From: Eutreptiella sp. 'Long Island Sound 2002'
Taxonomy: Eukaryota > Protista > Euglenida
Assembly: GCA_964036045.1 (NCBI GenBank)
Contig: OZ038378.1
Coordinates: 196,354,001 to 196,418,000, forward strand
Reading direction: 5' to 3'
Length of the DNA stretch: 64,000 nucleotides
Below, in pieces: positions 1 through 12,100 of this stretch. The position numbers and the translations under genes are program-made. How positions within the stretch are numbered: position 1 is the stretch's first letter; each line of letters opens with the position of its first letter. The notes under the pieces were generated by a model. The model was given only the letters and a program-made list of their open reading frames with translations. It did no database searches and was not told where the DNA came from.

Positions 1-1980
1 CCACAGCGGGAAGAGGGGGGTGGGCTTGACGATGGCAAGCAGCGAGCCCGCCGTGGACCGCAGGGTCTCGGCGGTCGAAGGGAGTAGCGTTGGGTGGCCG
101 CCGTTGTCCACGGAGCCATCCCAAGGCACAACGTAGCCTTGCTGATTGGCCCAGGCGAAGTACAAGACGTACCAGAAGCCTAGCCACGTCCCCATCTCGT
201 CACACGGCTTGGTGATCAACTCCTTCGGGGAGACCCACAGGGAAATCGGGTAGGCGGTCCGGAGGACTGCCCGATCCAGGGGCCCGGCCGCCCCCTGTGG
301 CACAGAGAACCACAACCCAAATGCGCGGACTAGCCCCTCCGTCAGCGGGACCCCAGACAAATCCACTTTGGAGGGCCCATGAGTGATGGTGCACTTCGTG
401 GAAGCGCCCGCCTTGCAGACTGGTGTCACCGCCCAGGCATTTGCAGCCTTGATGGGCGAGCCACCCATCTTGCCTTCGTGCAAGACGTCCTCACCGTTGC
501 CTCTTGGTAACAACTCCTTCGGCACACCACACCACACCACACCACACCACACCACACCACACCCCACCACACCACACAACACCACACCACACTACACCCT
601 ACAACAACGCACGACACCACACGATACCACGCCACACCATATGACAACACGCTACACCACACTGCATTGCACAATACCACGGGTTTTTGAAGTCAGACAT
701 GAGCTGCACAAGGGGGGAACTGTCAAGACGCACAAACTGCACACCGCAGGAACACGAGGGGGGCAGACGCAGGGAGAGGGTATTGTACAACTGCAAGTCA
801 CCAACCGGCTAGCGGCCTCACCGGGGCTCCCGCTGTCTGGCGATGGGGTGTTCGCTGAGGGGGAGCCTATCAACCGCATATTTCCCTGTGGTCTGCGCTG
901 TTACATATTGGGGTTTGGTTCAAGGGGAAATCTTCAAATCAGAAGAGACCTTGTCGCTGATGATGCAGTGGCTTCCAACGGATAAGGAGGGCATCAGTTA
1001 TGGTCTGGGCCTCTTCTACATCGAGGTGTGCCGCCGGCCCATTGCCACGGTGTTCCAATGTTCGTTCTAGAGGGTGGTGCGTGGGAAGCTGCTCCTGTCC
1101 GTGGTAGCGTCCCGCTCGGGGTGGGACATGTACACTCCTCATCGGTAGGGCCCCACGAGCCACCAACCGGCTTGGGACAGTCAGACTGAGCAGGGGCTGC
1201 CCACACACGTGCCCCCGGTGCAGGGGGTCGGCAGACTTTGGAGCCACTCAGTGCTCCTAGAGGACACAGGCATAGCAGGTGGGGGGGGGGGGGGGTAAGC
1301 GTATAGCCGCGGGCCACACCGCCGGAGCCCCTCATTCTACGAGTAGGGGGGCAGCTCAGCAGACAGACAGATTGAAGCACGGGGAGCAGCAGGCCCCTCA
1401 CCGGTCGGGGAAGAGCACATGGTACGGTAGCGCCCGGTCCGGGGACGCGTACCGGGGGAAGAGCTCCTCGTACGAGGGCGGCACTGGGGGCCTCTCGGGC
1501 AGCGACCTGCGGGCAGGCGTCGCACCACGCGTGGAGCCGGGCGCCCGGGAGCCGGGCTGCGCTGACGGGGGCTCAAGGGCGCCATCGCCGGGGCCTTGAG
1601 GCGGCCATAGGGTGTTTTGCACCACATCCAGGACCCCTAAGGACGGTGAGAGGGTGAACCGTTGGTGGGCCGTGTGAAACATGGCGGGGGAGATGGTGAT
1701 GCGGCTAGAGCGGTCTGCCTAACCGCCGGGGAAAAGCCAGAACGGGCGGCAGCCGAGGTGGTTGCCCTTCTTGCCGCGGGCGTGCTCGACGCTCGCAGCC
1801 GGCCATACGGGGTAGAGGGCGCGGAGGAGGCGGGCGTGGAACTGGTGGTCAGCCTCCGGGATCTGCGCCTCCGTGACTGGGGGTGACAGCAACACCCCAA
1901 ACTAGGCCTCTGTGCGTCCGTAGAGGGCGCACCGCGGGGCCCGGGAAAAGAGAGGGCAGCCGTGCAGCGCTCCCACCACT
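1..1980 (-). mobile_element. GC-rich retroelement-like remnant interrupted by a (CACCA)n microsatellite
   Basis: ATG-less open minus frame from about 520 to 1 (PKELLPRGNGEDVLHEG...GTWLGFWYVLYFAWANQQGYVVPW...), plus further protein-like degenerate frames at 939-1247 and 1398-1682. No diagnostic catalytic motif recognised. Confidence 0.35.
525..670. repeat. (CACCA)n microsatellite
   Basis: Direct reading. Other simple repeats include (CAA/CAG)n 5370-5680, (GTGGT)n 5955-6110, (GTAT/GT)n 16020-16200, (CACACC)n 28440-28520 and (GA)n 57360-57415. Confidence 0.9.
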
Positions 1981-2009
1981 TCCCCGCATTGTTGACGGTA
2001 GGGGTAGCG

Positions 2010-2530
2010 GGTGGCCAAAATGGCTTACAATGGGCTCAAAAAGGGCTCATTTCACTTGTTTAGGCACCCCAAATGGTCTAGGATCATTTTTGGAAAAACA
2101 TAGTTTTGACCCATTTTTGACCCATTTTTGGTCCTGGAAAAACCCATTTTCAAGGCATTTTGCGACTTTGGAGGGGCCAAAATGGCTTGCAATGGGCTCA
2201 AAATGGGCTCATTTCACTTGTTTAGGCACCCCAAATGGTCTAGGATCATTTGTGGAAAAACACATTTTTGACCCATTTGTGACCCATTTTTTGTCCCAAA
2301 AAAACCCTATTTTCAAGGCATTTTGGGATTTTCGGAAGGCCAAAACGGGCCACCACGAGCTCAAACCGCACCAAAAACACTTGTTTTGGCATCACATGTG
2401 GTCCAGGTTCATTTTTGAAAAAAGTCATTTTTTTTGCACCCGGTGGACCTTGTTGATGCATTTTGGCACCCACCTCCTTGGGCTACCTCTTGTAGCTTGC
2501 TGCAGCCCACTGAGCCTAGGTACGAGGGTC
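2010..2530 (+). repeat. Dispersed AT-richer repeat with a tandem ~160-bp unit; inverted copy at 4520-4770
   Basis: GGCCAAAATGGCTT...GGCTCATTTCACTTGTTTAGGCACCCCAAATGGTCTAGGATCATTT occurs twice in tandem. A reverse-complement relative lies at 4520-4770. Confidence 0.7.
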
Positions 2531-3559
2531 TAGACGTCGGTTAGGGCACTTTTTGAGGGATGGAAACCACCAAAAGTGGGTGGTTGCGGGTTGATTAGGT
2601 GCGCTCGAAATCGCGTTTTGAGCCACGTAGCCCAAGACATGGTCTGCTTTTGGTTTTGGGCTGTCGGCGGCCAATGTGCACAAATTTTGGGGCTTTTGGG
2701 GGCCTTTTGGGGGCGGTTCGCGGACATATTGTGGAGTTAGAGGGTCCTAGAGGGTCCCTCGGCCCGGGGAAGTCTAGCAGCATGTGTAGAGTAGCCACTA
2801 TTTCCCTTCATTTGGCCGTTTTCAGCACGCTCTAGGGCGGTTTTGGGCACAAAAAGGCTGATTTTGGCCTTAAACTGCAGATTTTGAAATGGAGGTCCGG
2901 CACTTGCGACGCCCGTTCCCGGCCGCCACCGTTGAGTTTCTGGCTCATACTTTGTGTGGTTGTCCCTCACACCCATAGGTAGCATCCACCAAAATTTTGG
3001 CCGAATCCGAATCCGAATCTGAATCCGAAGCACCACGACGGAGATGTTATTTTTCCCCATGCTGGCTGCTTGCTTGCTTGCTAAACTGTTAGGTCCACCC
3101 TGGACACTATAGAGGGGTATAAACCCAAGACTGGTTCCACCAGCTCGGTAACCCTAGCCCTAACGCTAACCCTAGCCCCAGCCCTGACCCTAGCCCTAGC
3201 TCTAACCTCGGGTTAGGGTTGGAGTTAGTGTTGAGGTCCAAAATAGTGTTGCACAAAGCAGCCATGAACAAGATTCGGGGGATCTTCTTCAGCCCAATCA
3301 ACATGGCTGGCATGGCCAAACCTGCTCGCTGCAAAGGTTAGGGTTGGGTTTAGGGTGATGGATGGTGAGAGGGAGGGCAAGGGGAGGTGAGTGGAGCCTG
3401 TGATTGACCAACGCTTGGCCTTGGAGGCATGCACCCCCCCACCCCCCCCCCCCGAATTGCCCAACTTGGAACCCCCCCCCCTCCCGCTGACCCTCCCGAA
3501 CCCCCCCCCCTCCCAGAGACTGGTGGTCGCGGCGGGTGAGACGAACGGCCCGTTGTGGG

Positions 3560-4510
3560 CCTGCGCCTCACTTGGTTCGTTAGCCGCGATACACCGTCAG
3601 ACCGCCCCACAGTGGCAAGTGGAGGCGGTGGGGCGGACTCCACTATTTGTGGGAGAGCGTGTCTAGAACAGCCCACTTGCCACCACACAGTGTCCACATG
3701 CACCACACGCTCTGTCGTTCCATCCTCTGTTCGTTCCTCTGCCCCATTTATCGCTGTTGCATTGACACCCGCGTGCTACAAGTGTCTGCCCTACCCTTTC
3801 CCTCGTCCCGACCTGCCACAATAGCCCGCCCTCCGAGAACGGCCCCTGCTCCGCCTTGAGTGGAGCGTTGGCCGCTGGGCGGTCTGGACCCCAATGCAGC
3901 CATCATTGCTCCTCTCTGCCATGCTTAGATCTGTCGGTGACTCCCCTCTCTCGTAGATGTGTGCACGCCGTCTTCCTAGAGCGTTGAATGCGGCAAGATA
4001 CTGTGTGCCGCGAGGGTGTACAGGGACTCCCCCCCACCCTGTCCTCGACAGGGTGCCGGCCGTCAAGGATTGTCGTGGGAGTTGAGATGGTGGTGCGCTG
4101 TGCCAGTGTGTCAATGCCTGTGCCGCCGGGAGGTGGCTGTGTGGTTGTCCGGTCGCCGCCCTGTGTACGGTGTACACTAGGGCCTGTTCCGCCTCGGGTG
4201 GCTGCCCCATTCTGTGCCTGTCTCCATGGCGCATATCCCCAGCAGCTCCGTCAGTAGCGTGCGAGAACCAGCTACCCGCCATCCGCCACTGATGGGCGCC
4301 TCGGCGTCCCTCCATCACAGTGGGTTCAATCAGGGGGATGTACCCCCCTGTGGCCGTCGCCAAGCCCCACTTGCCCAGTGTTTGCCTTTACCCGTGGAAT
4401 CTCAGGAGCTGTCTCCGTACGACAGGCCTCCTTTGGACAATGCGCCCCCCGCTGCGTTGGTAGCCGCCCCGTCTGGCTTCCACAAGTGCTCCCCGACGGC
4501 CCGGTACCGG
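3560..4510 (-). mobile_element. GC-rich degenerate retroelement-like fragment
   Basis: Protein-like minus ORF 3791-4363 similar in composition to the other LINE remnants; no diagnostic motif. Confidence 0.25.
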
Positions 4511-4854
4511 CCTCCCGAGTCACAGAATGCCTTGAAAATGGGCTGTTTTGGGACCAAAAATCAGTCAAAAATGGATCAAAAATGTGCTTTTCCAAAGATA
4601 CTTTTGGACTATTTGGGGTGCAGAAACAAGTGGAATGAGCCCATTTTGACCCCATGTTGAGCAATTTTGGCCCCTCTCAAGGCCAAAAGGGCCTTGAAAA
4701 TTGGCCAACTTGGGACCACAAATGGCTCAACAATGGGTCAAACCCATGGTTTCCCAAAAATGTTCCTAGTCCAGTTGTGGCTTCCATACAGATGAATCCA
4801 CTTTCCAGTGCGTACCTCATTTGTCGCCGAAGTCTCCTAGGCGATGTTCCTTCC

Positions 4855-5150
4855 CCCACCAGCTCGGTCCCAATATTGAGTCTTGATTAGGGTACGGGCT
4901 AGGGGCAGGGGTGGGGTTGCGACTAGGCTTAGGGTTGGTGTGGGCGGCGGGGTCAGGGTTGGGTTTAAGGACAGTGTTGGGGTGCAAAATGGACCAAAAT
5001 TGCCTTCGGGCACCTGTGGTGCCCATGGAGCGTCGGGAGCCTTCGGCGCCCATGGACTCCTGAGGCCGGCACCTTTGGCACTTAACTGTTGGCCAGAGGC
5101 CCCTTGGGGGGGGGGATAGTTGGCGTCCTAGGACCCGCGGGGTCGCCCCC
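4855..5150 (+). repeat. Dispersed ~300-bp element containing degenerate TTAGGG-like hexamers (related copies at 25443-25710 and 3137-3235)
   Basis: Shared start CCACCAGCTCGGT(CCCA...GTCTTGATT), a telomere-like tract, then GCCCATGGACTCCTGAGGCC...CTGTTGGCCAGAGG in the 4855 and 25443 copies. Confidence 0.7.
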
Positions 5151-6166
5151 CCCCCCCCCCCCCCGCCGCCCCCCGTGCTGGGCAGGGCGCAGGAAGCGGC
5201 GGAGGGCTCTAGGCTGCTGCACATTGCGTTGGAGGTAGCACAAAGATGATAGGGATTGCACTAGCAGGTGCTGGATGTACAGAATTGCACAAGGTGACCG
5301 GAGGTTGCTGGAGGTGGCTGGAGGGTCTGTGTATTGTGTGTATTCTATGCCTTGCGTGTTTGTTGAACAACAGCGGCAACAACGACAACGGCAAAAGCGA
5401 CAGCAACGGCAAAAGCTGCTGCTGCAGCAACGACATCATCATCGAAGAAAACAGGAAAAACAATCACAACCACGACAACGGCGGCAGCAGCAGCAGCATC
5501 CACGACAACAGTGGCAGCAACAGCAACAACGAAACGTAAACAGCAACAGCACAACCACACGCGTCAGCCACAACCACAACAACAACAATGACAACATCAA
5601 CCACAACGACAGGAGCAACAGCAAGAACGACAAGTATGGCAACGACACTGACAACAGCAGCAGCAGCAGCAGCATGCACAACCATCGCCGGACTGAGTCT
5701 GCAGGCCATCGAACGCGGAGGTAGCAGTGGAGCAGTGGAGCAACTCCGCTTGCTCAAGCCGTCGAAGGCTCTCTTTTGTTGGCGTTCCAGCTGGCTCGGC
5801 CCTGTCGGCTTCGTCCTCCTCTGTGTCTCCGTAAGACACCCCCCCACACCAGCACCACCGGACGGTCTCCTATCTGCCGGAGCCACGTGGCAGTGTTGGC
5901 GTTGGCGTTGGTGTTGGCGTTGGTGTTAATGTTGGTGTTGATGTTGGTGTTGGTTTAGTGTGGTGTTGTTGTTGGTGTGGTGTGGTGTGGTGTGGTGTGG
6001 TGTGCTATTGCTGTCTCTGTTGATGCTGCTGTTGGTGTTGATGTTGATGTTGACGCTGGTGCTGGTGTTGCTCTTGGTGTTGGTTTGGGTGGTGGTGTGG
6101 TGTGGCGGGGGGTGCAGTGTGGCGCGGTCCTATCAAAGCAGCGCTCTCTCACCACCACAGCCATAC

Positions 6167-9100
6167 ATGAAATTCATATCCCGCGCTGAGGATGTATCCG
6201 TAATTCTCGGATTTGGCCAGGCAGTGGATGCCCTTCTTGTGCCCCTGGAAGCGCTGCACGACACCCATGTGCCTGAGGTCCTGCAGTGCTAGCGTCGCAT
6301 CAAGAGATGACGTAGCGATCAAAGGCGCGTCCTGCAACGCAAGCGATGGGGCAGTTTGGGTTCGCAAACCTGCCGAAGCGCAGTCTCAGGCAGTGGGACT
6401 TGCAGTTTGGAACGAAGGCGAGTGCGGCAAGACATACATCGAAAAAGAGCAGATCCGTCACCGTGTCGTTGTGGATCGACCACTTGCCTTCCAGCTTCAG
6501 TTTGTGGTGGCCAGGGGTCTTGCCGTGATGGTCAGACCACACGCTGACATCCCCGTTGCGATCCCCTGCACATGGCGTTCCCGGGTGGTGGGTGCAGAAG
6601 TGGGGGCTGCAATGCAGGGCACTCCCTAAATCGAGTGACACGGCCCTGAACATTCAGCCGCAGCAGAGGAGTATCTCCCAAACCAACAATGTGACAGGGG
6701 TTGGAGATCCTTCCTGGCTGGGGTTTGAACATGTTGTTCTTAGGCCCCAGTTTGAAATCCTAGAATCGGTACCTAACGATAGGTACCGATGGCCAAACGA
6801 TAGGTACCAATGGCCAAACGATTCACGCGGAACACACAGAAATCCAACAACAGACTTCAGTACAATGGGAAGTTTCTTTCCAGGGCCACGCTGGAGTGTA
6901 CCAAACTCCTAGTGTTTGTGTCCAATAGATCGAGGTGCAGATGTTAGATCCACGATTCTTTTTGGGAGGTCAGCCTTTAGTCCCATAAGCAGCAGGAGGG
7001 GCGGCAGGTTCAACATCTTTATCTTCTTCCTCGCTGTGACAACCATCCTGTGCGTCCCTTTTCGCATTGCTCGCTTGGGACAATCCACAGTACTTGCATC
7101 TCTAGCGAGACGTCAGAGCCTCCAGGAAGCGATGGGGTGGCATGCCCTCAAGTGCTGCAGAAAGGAGCATGGAGCGGTCCGGAGGGGTGATCCATAAGGG
7201 CCTAAGGGGAAGCCAGTGTCAATGTATGAAGGGGGCGGGGGTTCTGCCCAGCCGCGAGACGCAAGTGGAACGTTACTCATGAATGCCCGACAGTTCCCAG
7301 GCTCCGCTTTGTACTACCCCCGAAACCGTGTGCATGAATGGCACACAGCTCCATTGATTTGCCTCAGAAGCCAACCAGTCAGACTCTCGAAACCTGACAC
7401 AACTTGTTATGACAGAAAATGTGGACGCGCTGCATATGGCCCCAACTTACAGCGTGTACAGCAAAAGCGAGTAAGTGGTCGACAACAAAGCAAAGGAGAG
7501 GAGTCCCACCCCGATCTCATGGGATGGGCAGACACACACACGTGGAGAACCGCGAGACAAAAACAGAGCAAAGAAAAGCGGTTGAAGAAAACTCCTCGGG
7601 AACTGCAGGACAGTCCTTGATGTCTTGTGGTCTGTCGAAAAAACCACAGTGCACAGTGCAATGCTTTACAAGCAGATTCGTTCTTCACCCGATCTCAAGA
7701 AATTCACGGAGGAGTTCGTGCCCGAATCTACCCAAACCATGCTGACTAATTGTACCCTGTATTAGGTGCCTCCACCCAACCACACACACACAAACACACA
7801 CACACACACAGGAATAGTACCTTTCCTCTTATGTCCGTGTGGATCAACCCCCACCATAATGTGAACGACACCGTCACCACGGCAAATGCCAACAGGGGGA
7901 TGCCGTTTTATGACCAGAAGGCACATGTCAAAAGAGAGACACAGAACTGATGCCAATGCCAGTGTGGGTGCGGGTGTGCGATAGACAGGGCACCTGCAAA
8001 AAGTCGCTTCTCTTTGGCGTTCCAACGCAGCACATGTTGCGCGGCGTCCTGTGGACGGAAACGGACATGTGCTGTGCGGAAGCTGCTGAGGAGTGGCCAG
8101 CTGCTGTGGAACCACAAATTCAAGACAGAGGCAGACTTTGATGATACTTTTTCCCTTTCAACCCCCCCCCACAAATCGGCGAAGAAATCCGGGCAAATTG
8201 GCGAACAAATTGGCGGACCGATTTTTCGGCAAAACAGGCTCCCAGTGCCCTGGATCTCAGTCCCAGGCCCAGAACACACCTTCCTTATGGTTGCTCAATA
8301 GTTGGAGTCATGTGGAAACCCAAAATATCTCTCAATTTTCGAAAAAAAATTTTGTCTCTCGGTTCCTACATGGTCCCTGAGCAATGGTGTCGCATTGCAC
8401 AGGGATGGTCTAGTGGTATAATGTCGCCTGCAACATTTCAGCTGGCGTGGGTTCAGTTCCCACTGTTTACGGAGCGGAATTTTTTTGCGCTTTTTTTTGT
8501 CTTGCTGAGAACATTGGTTTTCCATGCACAAACAAAGCCTGCTGGAAGAAGATAAATGCACACAGGCTTCCCATTTGCATCTCACTGTGTGCTGGGTGGG
8601 TGTGCAGCACTGATTTGCATTACTCTCTCGGTCTGTACATGGTCCCTGAGAAGGAGTATAGTAGGTTTAAATGCAGGTCCGATTTTTTTGGCATTTTTTG
8701 TCAGTTGTCTTGCTGAGAAAATTGGTTTTCCATGCACAAACAAAGCTTGCCAGAAGAAGATGAATGCACACAGGCTTCCCATTTGCATCTCACTGTGTGC
8801 TGGGTGGGTGTGCAGCTCTGATCTGCAACCAAAGCTGTCCTACAGTAATCAATCTGATGGGAAAATTGTTGTTGCTTGTCCCGCAGAAAAGTCTGATCAC
8901 TGGGGGACAATGAATCCCAGGGGACCAGAGATGTGTCTTTCTCTGGGCAGTAAAAACACTTCATGGTGCCAATCTGAAGAACCAAAAAAGAAAAAAAGAG
9001 TATTATCCAGTGTCCCGAAGTAAATGATGCACATCTTAGGTTGACACCTCCAAATCAGGTGTCCTACAATCCCAGAAGCCCCAACAAGTCAGCAGAACGA

Positions 9101-12100
9101 ATAGGCAAAATCACAGAAACCCAAAGAATCGGCAAAACAAATCGGCGAAATTCAGAAACCCAACAAATCGGCGGAACAAATCGGCGAGGTTGGCCGAATT
9201 CGGCCGCCGATTTGGGGGGGGGGGGGGGGGTTGCCCTTTGAAGGAAACCAACACCTGCTTCCAAACTCGTCCTGAGCGGTTCCACCACAACCCATCCGCC
9301 TACTATCGGTCGGAAGTCGGGGGCCCAAAGCAGGAGGTACCAAAGTGTATTTGAACCGCCAGTATCTCCCGGCAGCAGTCTGCACATGCAAACGCCTGGT
9401 CCCTGCCCACAGTACCACTGGCCAAGGCTCAGGACCCGCTAGCAGCAGAAATCGCATGTCTGCAAGGCCCAGAAATTCCCGACATGGCCAGCAATAAAGT
9501 TCCCAGGAAAAATGCCAAAACAGGAAAAATGGGGGGGAATGGGAGGGAATGGGGGGAAATCAGGGGAACCGAAACGGGGGAAAATGGGGGCAATGGGGGG
9601 GGAGGGTAAAGGAAAAGTGGTGGAAAGTGCTGGCACCTTTCCAAGCGACTGTTCGGAGGGTCTTATACGTGTGCCCGGGTGTTGCCCTGCGATGGCGAAG
9701 GGGGGGTAGGCGGGACCACAATCATACCATAATAATAGAATAATAAAATCCTAATAATAATACAATAACAATCATACAATAACAAGGAAATAAGGAAATA
9801 AATGCACTAATGCCATAATAATAATAATCCAATAGGTGATGGGGGGTAGGCCACCATCGACAGAACCTTCCTGCAGCGTTGGGTAGCTCAGTGTAGCTGA
9901 AGGCCAAGGGGCAGGGGGTGGGCGTTCGTATCTGAGGCCCAAGGGGGCACGCCACCAATGCGTTTCTGAGGGTACGCCGCCCGCCCGCGATGGTGCACCA
10001 CCCCCCCCCCCCCCCTCCCTCCCGGGCTGGTGCAGGACGAGTGGGAGGGGGACTGCCCCCCAACTCTCTTTTGGGAGTGTGCCATGCAGATCACTTCTGG
10101 GGGTCGGGGTACATGCATTGAGGGTTGGCGAGAGGCAGGGCCGCAATGCTTCGGGCAGGCTCGGGCAACACGGTGACCCCTGCCGGCTGCTGCTGTCCGC
10201 AACCGCCCTCCAACAGGGAAGGGGTCCAGGGGGACGGGTGGGTCCAGCCTCCCCCCCCCCCGGGTGGTGCTCAGTCTTTAGAGTCGCCAAAGGCGCCGAA
10301 AAAAACTTGTGGTCCACCATAATTGGTTTTATTGACCAAAGGCCCGGAAGAAAATTTGGCCCAATCTTTTCCTGGAGTATAGAGGTGGGTGGGTCCAGGG
10401 GGGGGGGGGGGGGCAAGCGGTTAAAAACAGCCCTTCCCTCCAACCGGTGTGTACCCGCCAGGAAGGGGCTCCCAACTCTCCAACCGCCAGTACCCGCTGT
10501 TGCGACCCCCCGTGCAATCCCACCTTCAGACCCCCTACCCCCCACATGCACCCGTGAACTCGACCGCCAGCACTTCACCACGAACCGCCTTGTGGAAACC
10601 GCTGCATACCACTTTGACTTCGCGCTGCAGCGTGTACTCGGTCGACACGGCGGTCTCCTCCCGGAATGCCCGTAATGTATGATCAGCACCTGCACACCAT
10701 GCATCCGGTGCGTGACGTCACATACGCATAGGCACAGACATAAAGCAGCAGGATGGGGCGGGGGTGGGGTGGCGGCCCCGTACAAGCTGCGCCACGGCGG
10801 GGCCCACTGCGACAGCCAGGGGTTGGGGTACTTCTCCAAGGTCTCGGAGAAGCGGACAGATTGACTCCGGCGTGCCGTCCGGGAGCGGCTGCACCCGGAG
10901 GACCTGCGGCCGGGCGCCCCGGATCCAGCCACCTACGTCCCACGGCAGCCCGCCACCCCGCATGGCTTCCTCCCCGAGGTCACCTTCAGCGACGACCGCC
11001 ACCACTTCTCCCTGACGGGATGGGGCCTGGCCTGGCTCATGGGCATTTGCACGGAGACATGCGCAGCCACTTGCGGCGCGGTTGAGGTGGGCAAGCTGAA
11101 TGTGCACCACCTCGTCCTGCGCAACCGCCGGCTGCGGAACGCGGGCGGCACCCTGCCCATGCCCCTGGGCCCGCTGCTGCTGCAGACCGAGGGGTTCATG
11201 CTCACCGGGGTGCCCCTGGTGATGGTCGTGCAGCCGGGCCCGCAGATCGCCAAGCCTGAGGCCAATCTGGCGAAGATAGGGCACGCGCTCTACCGCCTTC
11301 GGCCAGCATATGCGCTGGTCGTGCGCATTGTCCTCGCCTGTGTGGTCTCGGCCCTGGACTATATCTACGAGGCCATGCCGCCATGCCCCACGTGCCTCCG
11401 CCGCACACAACGGGCGGTAGACCGGGTCCTGACCCAGGCGCTGCGGGTGCCGCGGAACGTGCCCTAGGCCCTGCTGTGGATGCCAGCCAGCGACGGGGGC
11501 TTCAGCTTCCCCCACCTATACAGCCGGATGCGACTCTAGCATGTGCAAGGGTACCTCCGGGCCATGGACTCTCGTAGCGTGCTTGTTTGCAGGAGAACGT
11601 CTGCACCCTCTGCCATCCCGGCCATTGGAAGGGCTTGGACAGCCCCAACCATGAGCTAGGAGCTGCTCTTCCACACCATGGCGGAAGTCCAGCTGGAGGT
11701 GTGCGTCCTCCCCACCAAGGTGGCACAGCCAGCGGCTAGCGGCTGTGGACATCCAGGTGCACCAGCCATAGGTCTCAGGAGGGGTCCTCCGACGGCGACA
11801 CTCTGGGCTGGGGCACGCTGGTCACCGACTCCGAGGGGGTCCTCGCGTTGGCAGCGTCGGGGATCCAGTCACAGGCGGCCAGCCCGTGGGCGGCGGATTG
11901 GGCCAACAAGTTGGAGGCGCGGCACCTGGCCGCGTCACTGGGCGTCGCCCCCGAGGCGGTTCAATATGTGGGGGCCGAGTGCTCCTCCGCCACCCTGGGC
12001 TGCGACGGGGGCATCCCCTCCCAGTCCCCCTGGGTGGACCATGTCCGCATCGCGTTCGCTGCAGCCCTGGGGCGCGGCCGGCCTGGTCTGTACGTGCCGG

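Noticed and set aside
5246-6190. Gln/Asn-rich and Val/Leu-rich ORFs
   Set aside because: Translations of (CAA/CAG)n and (GTGGT)n microsatellites inside a WD40-gene intron.
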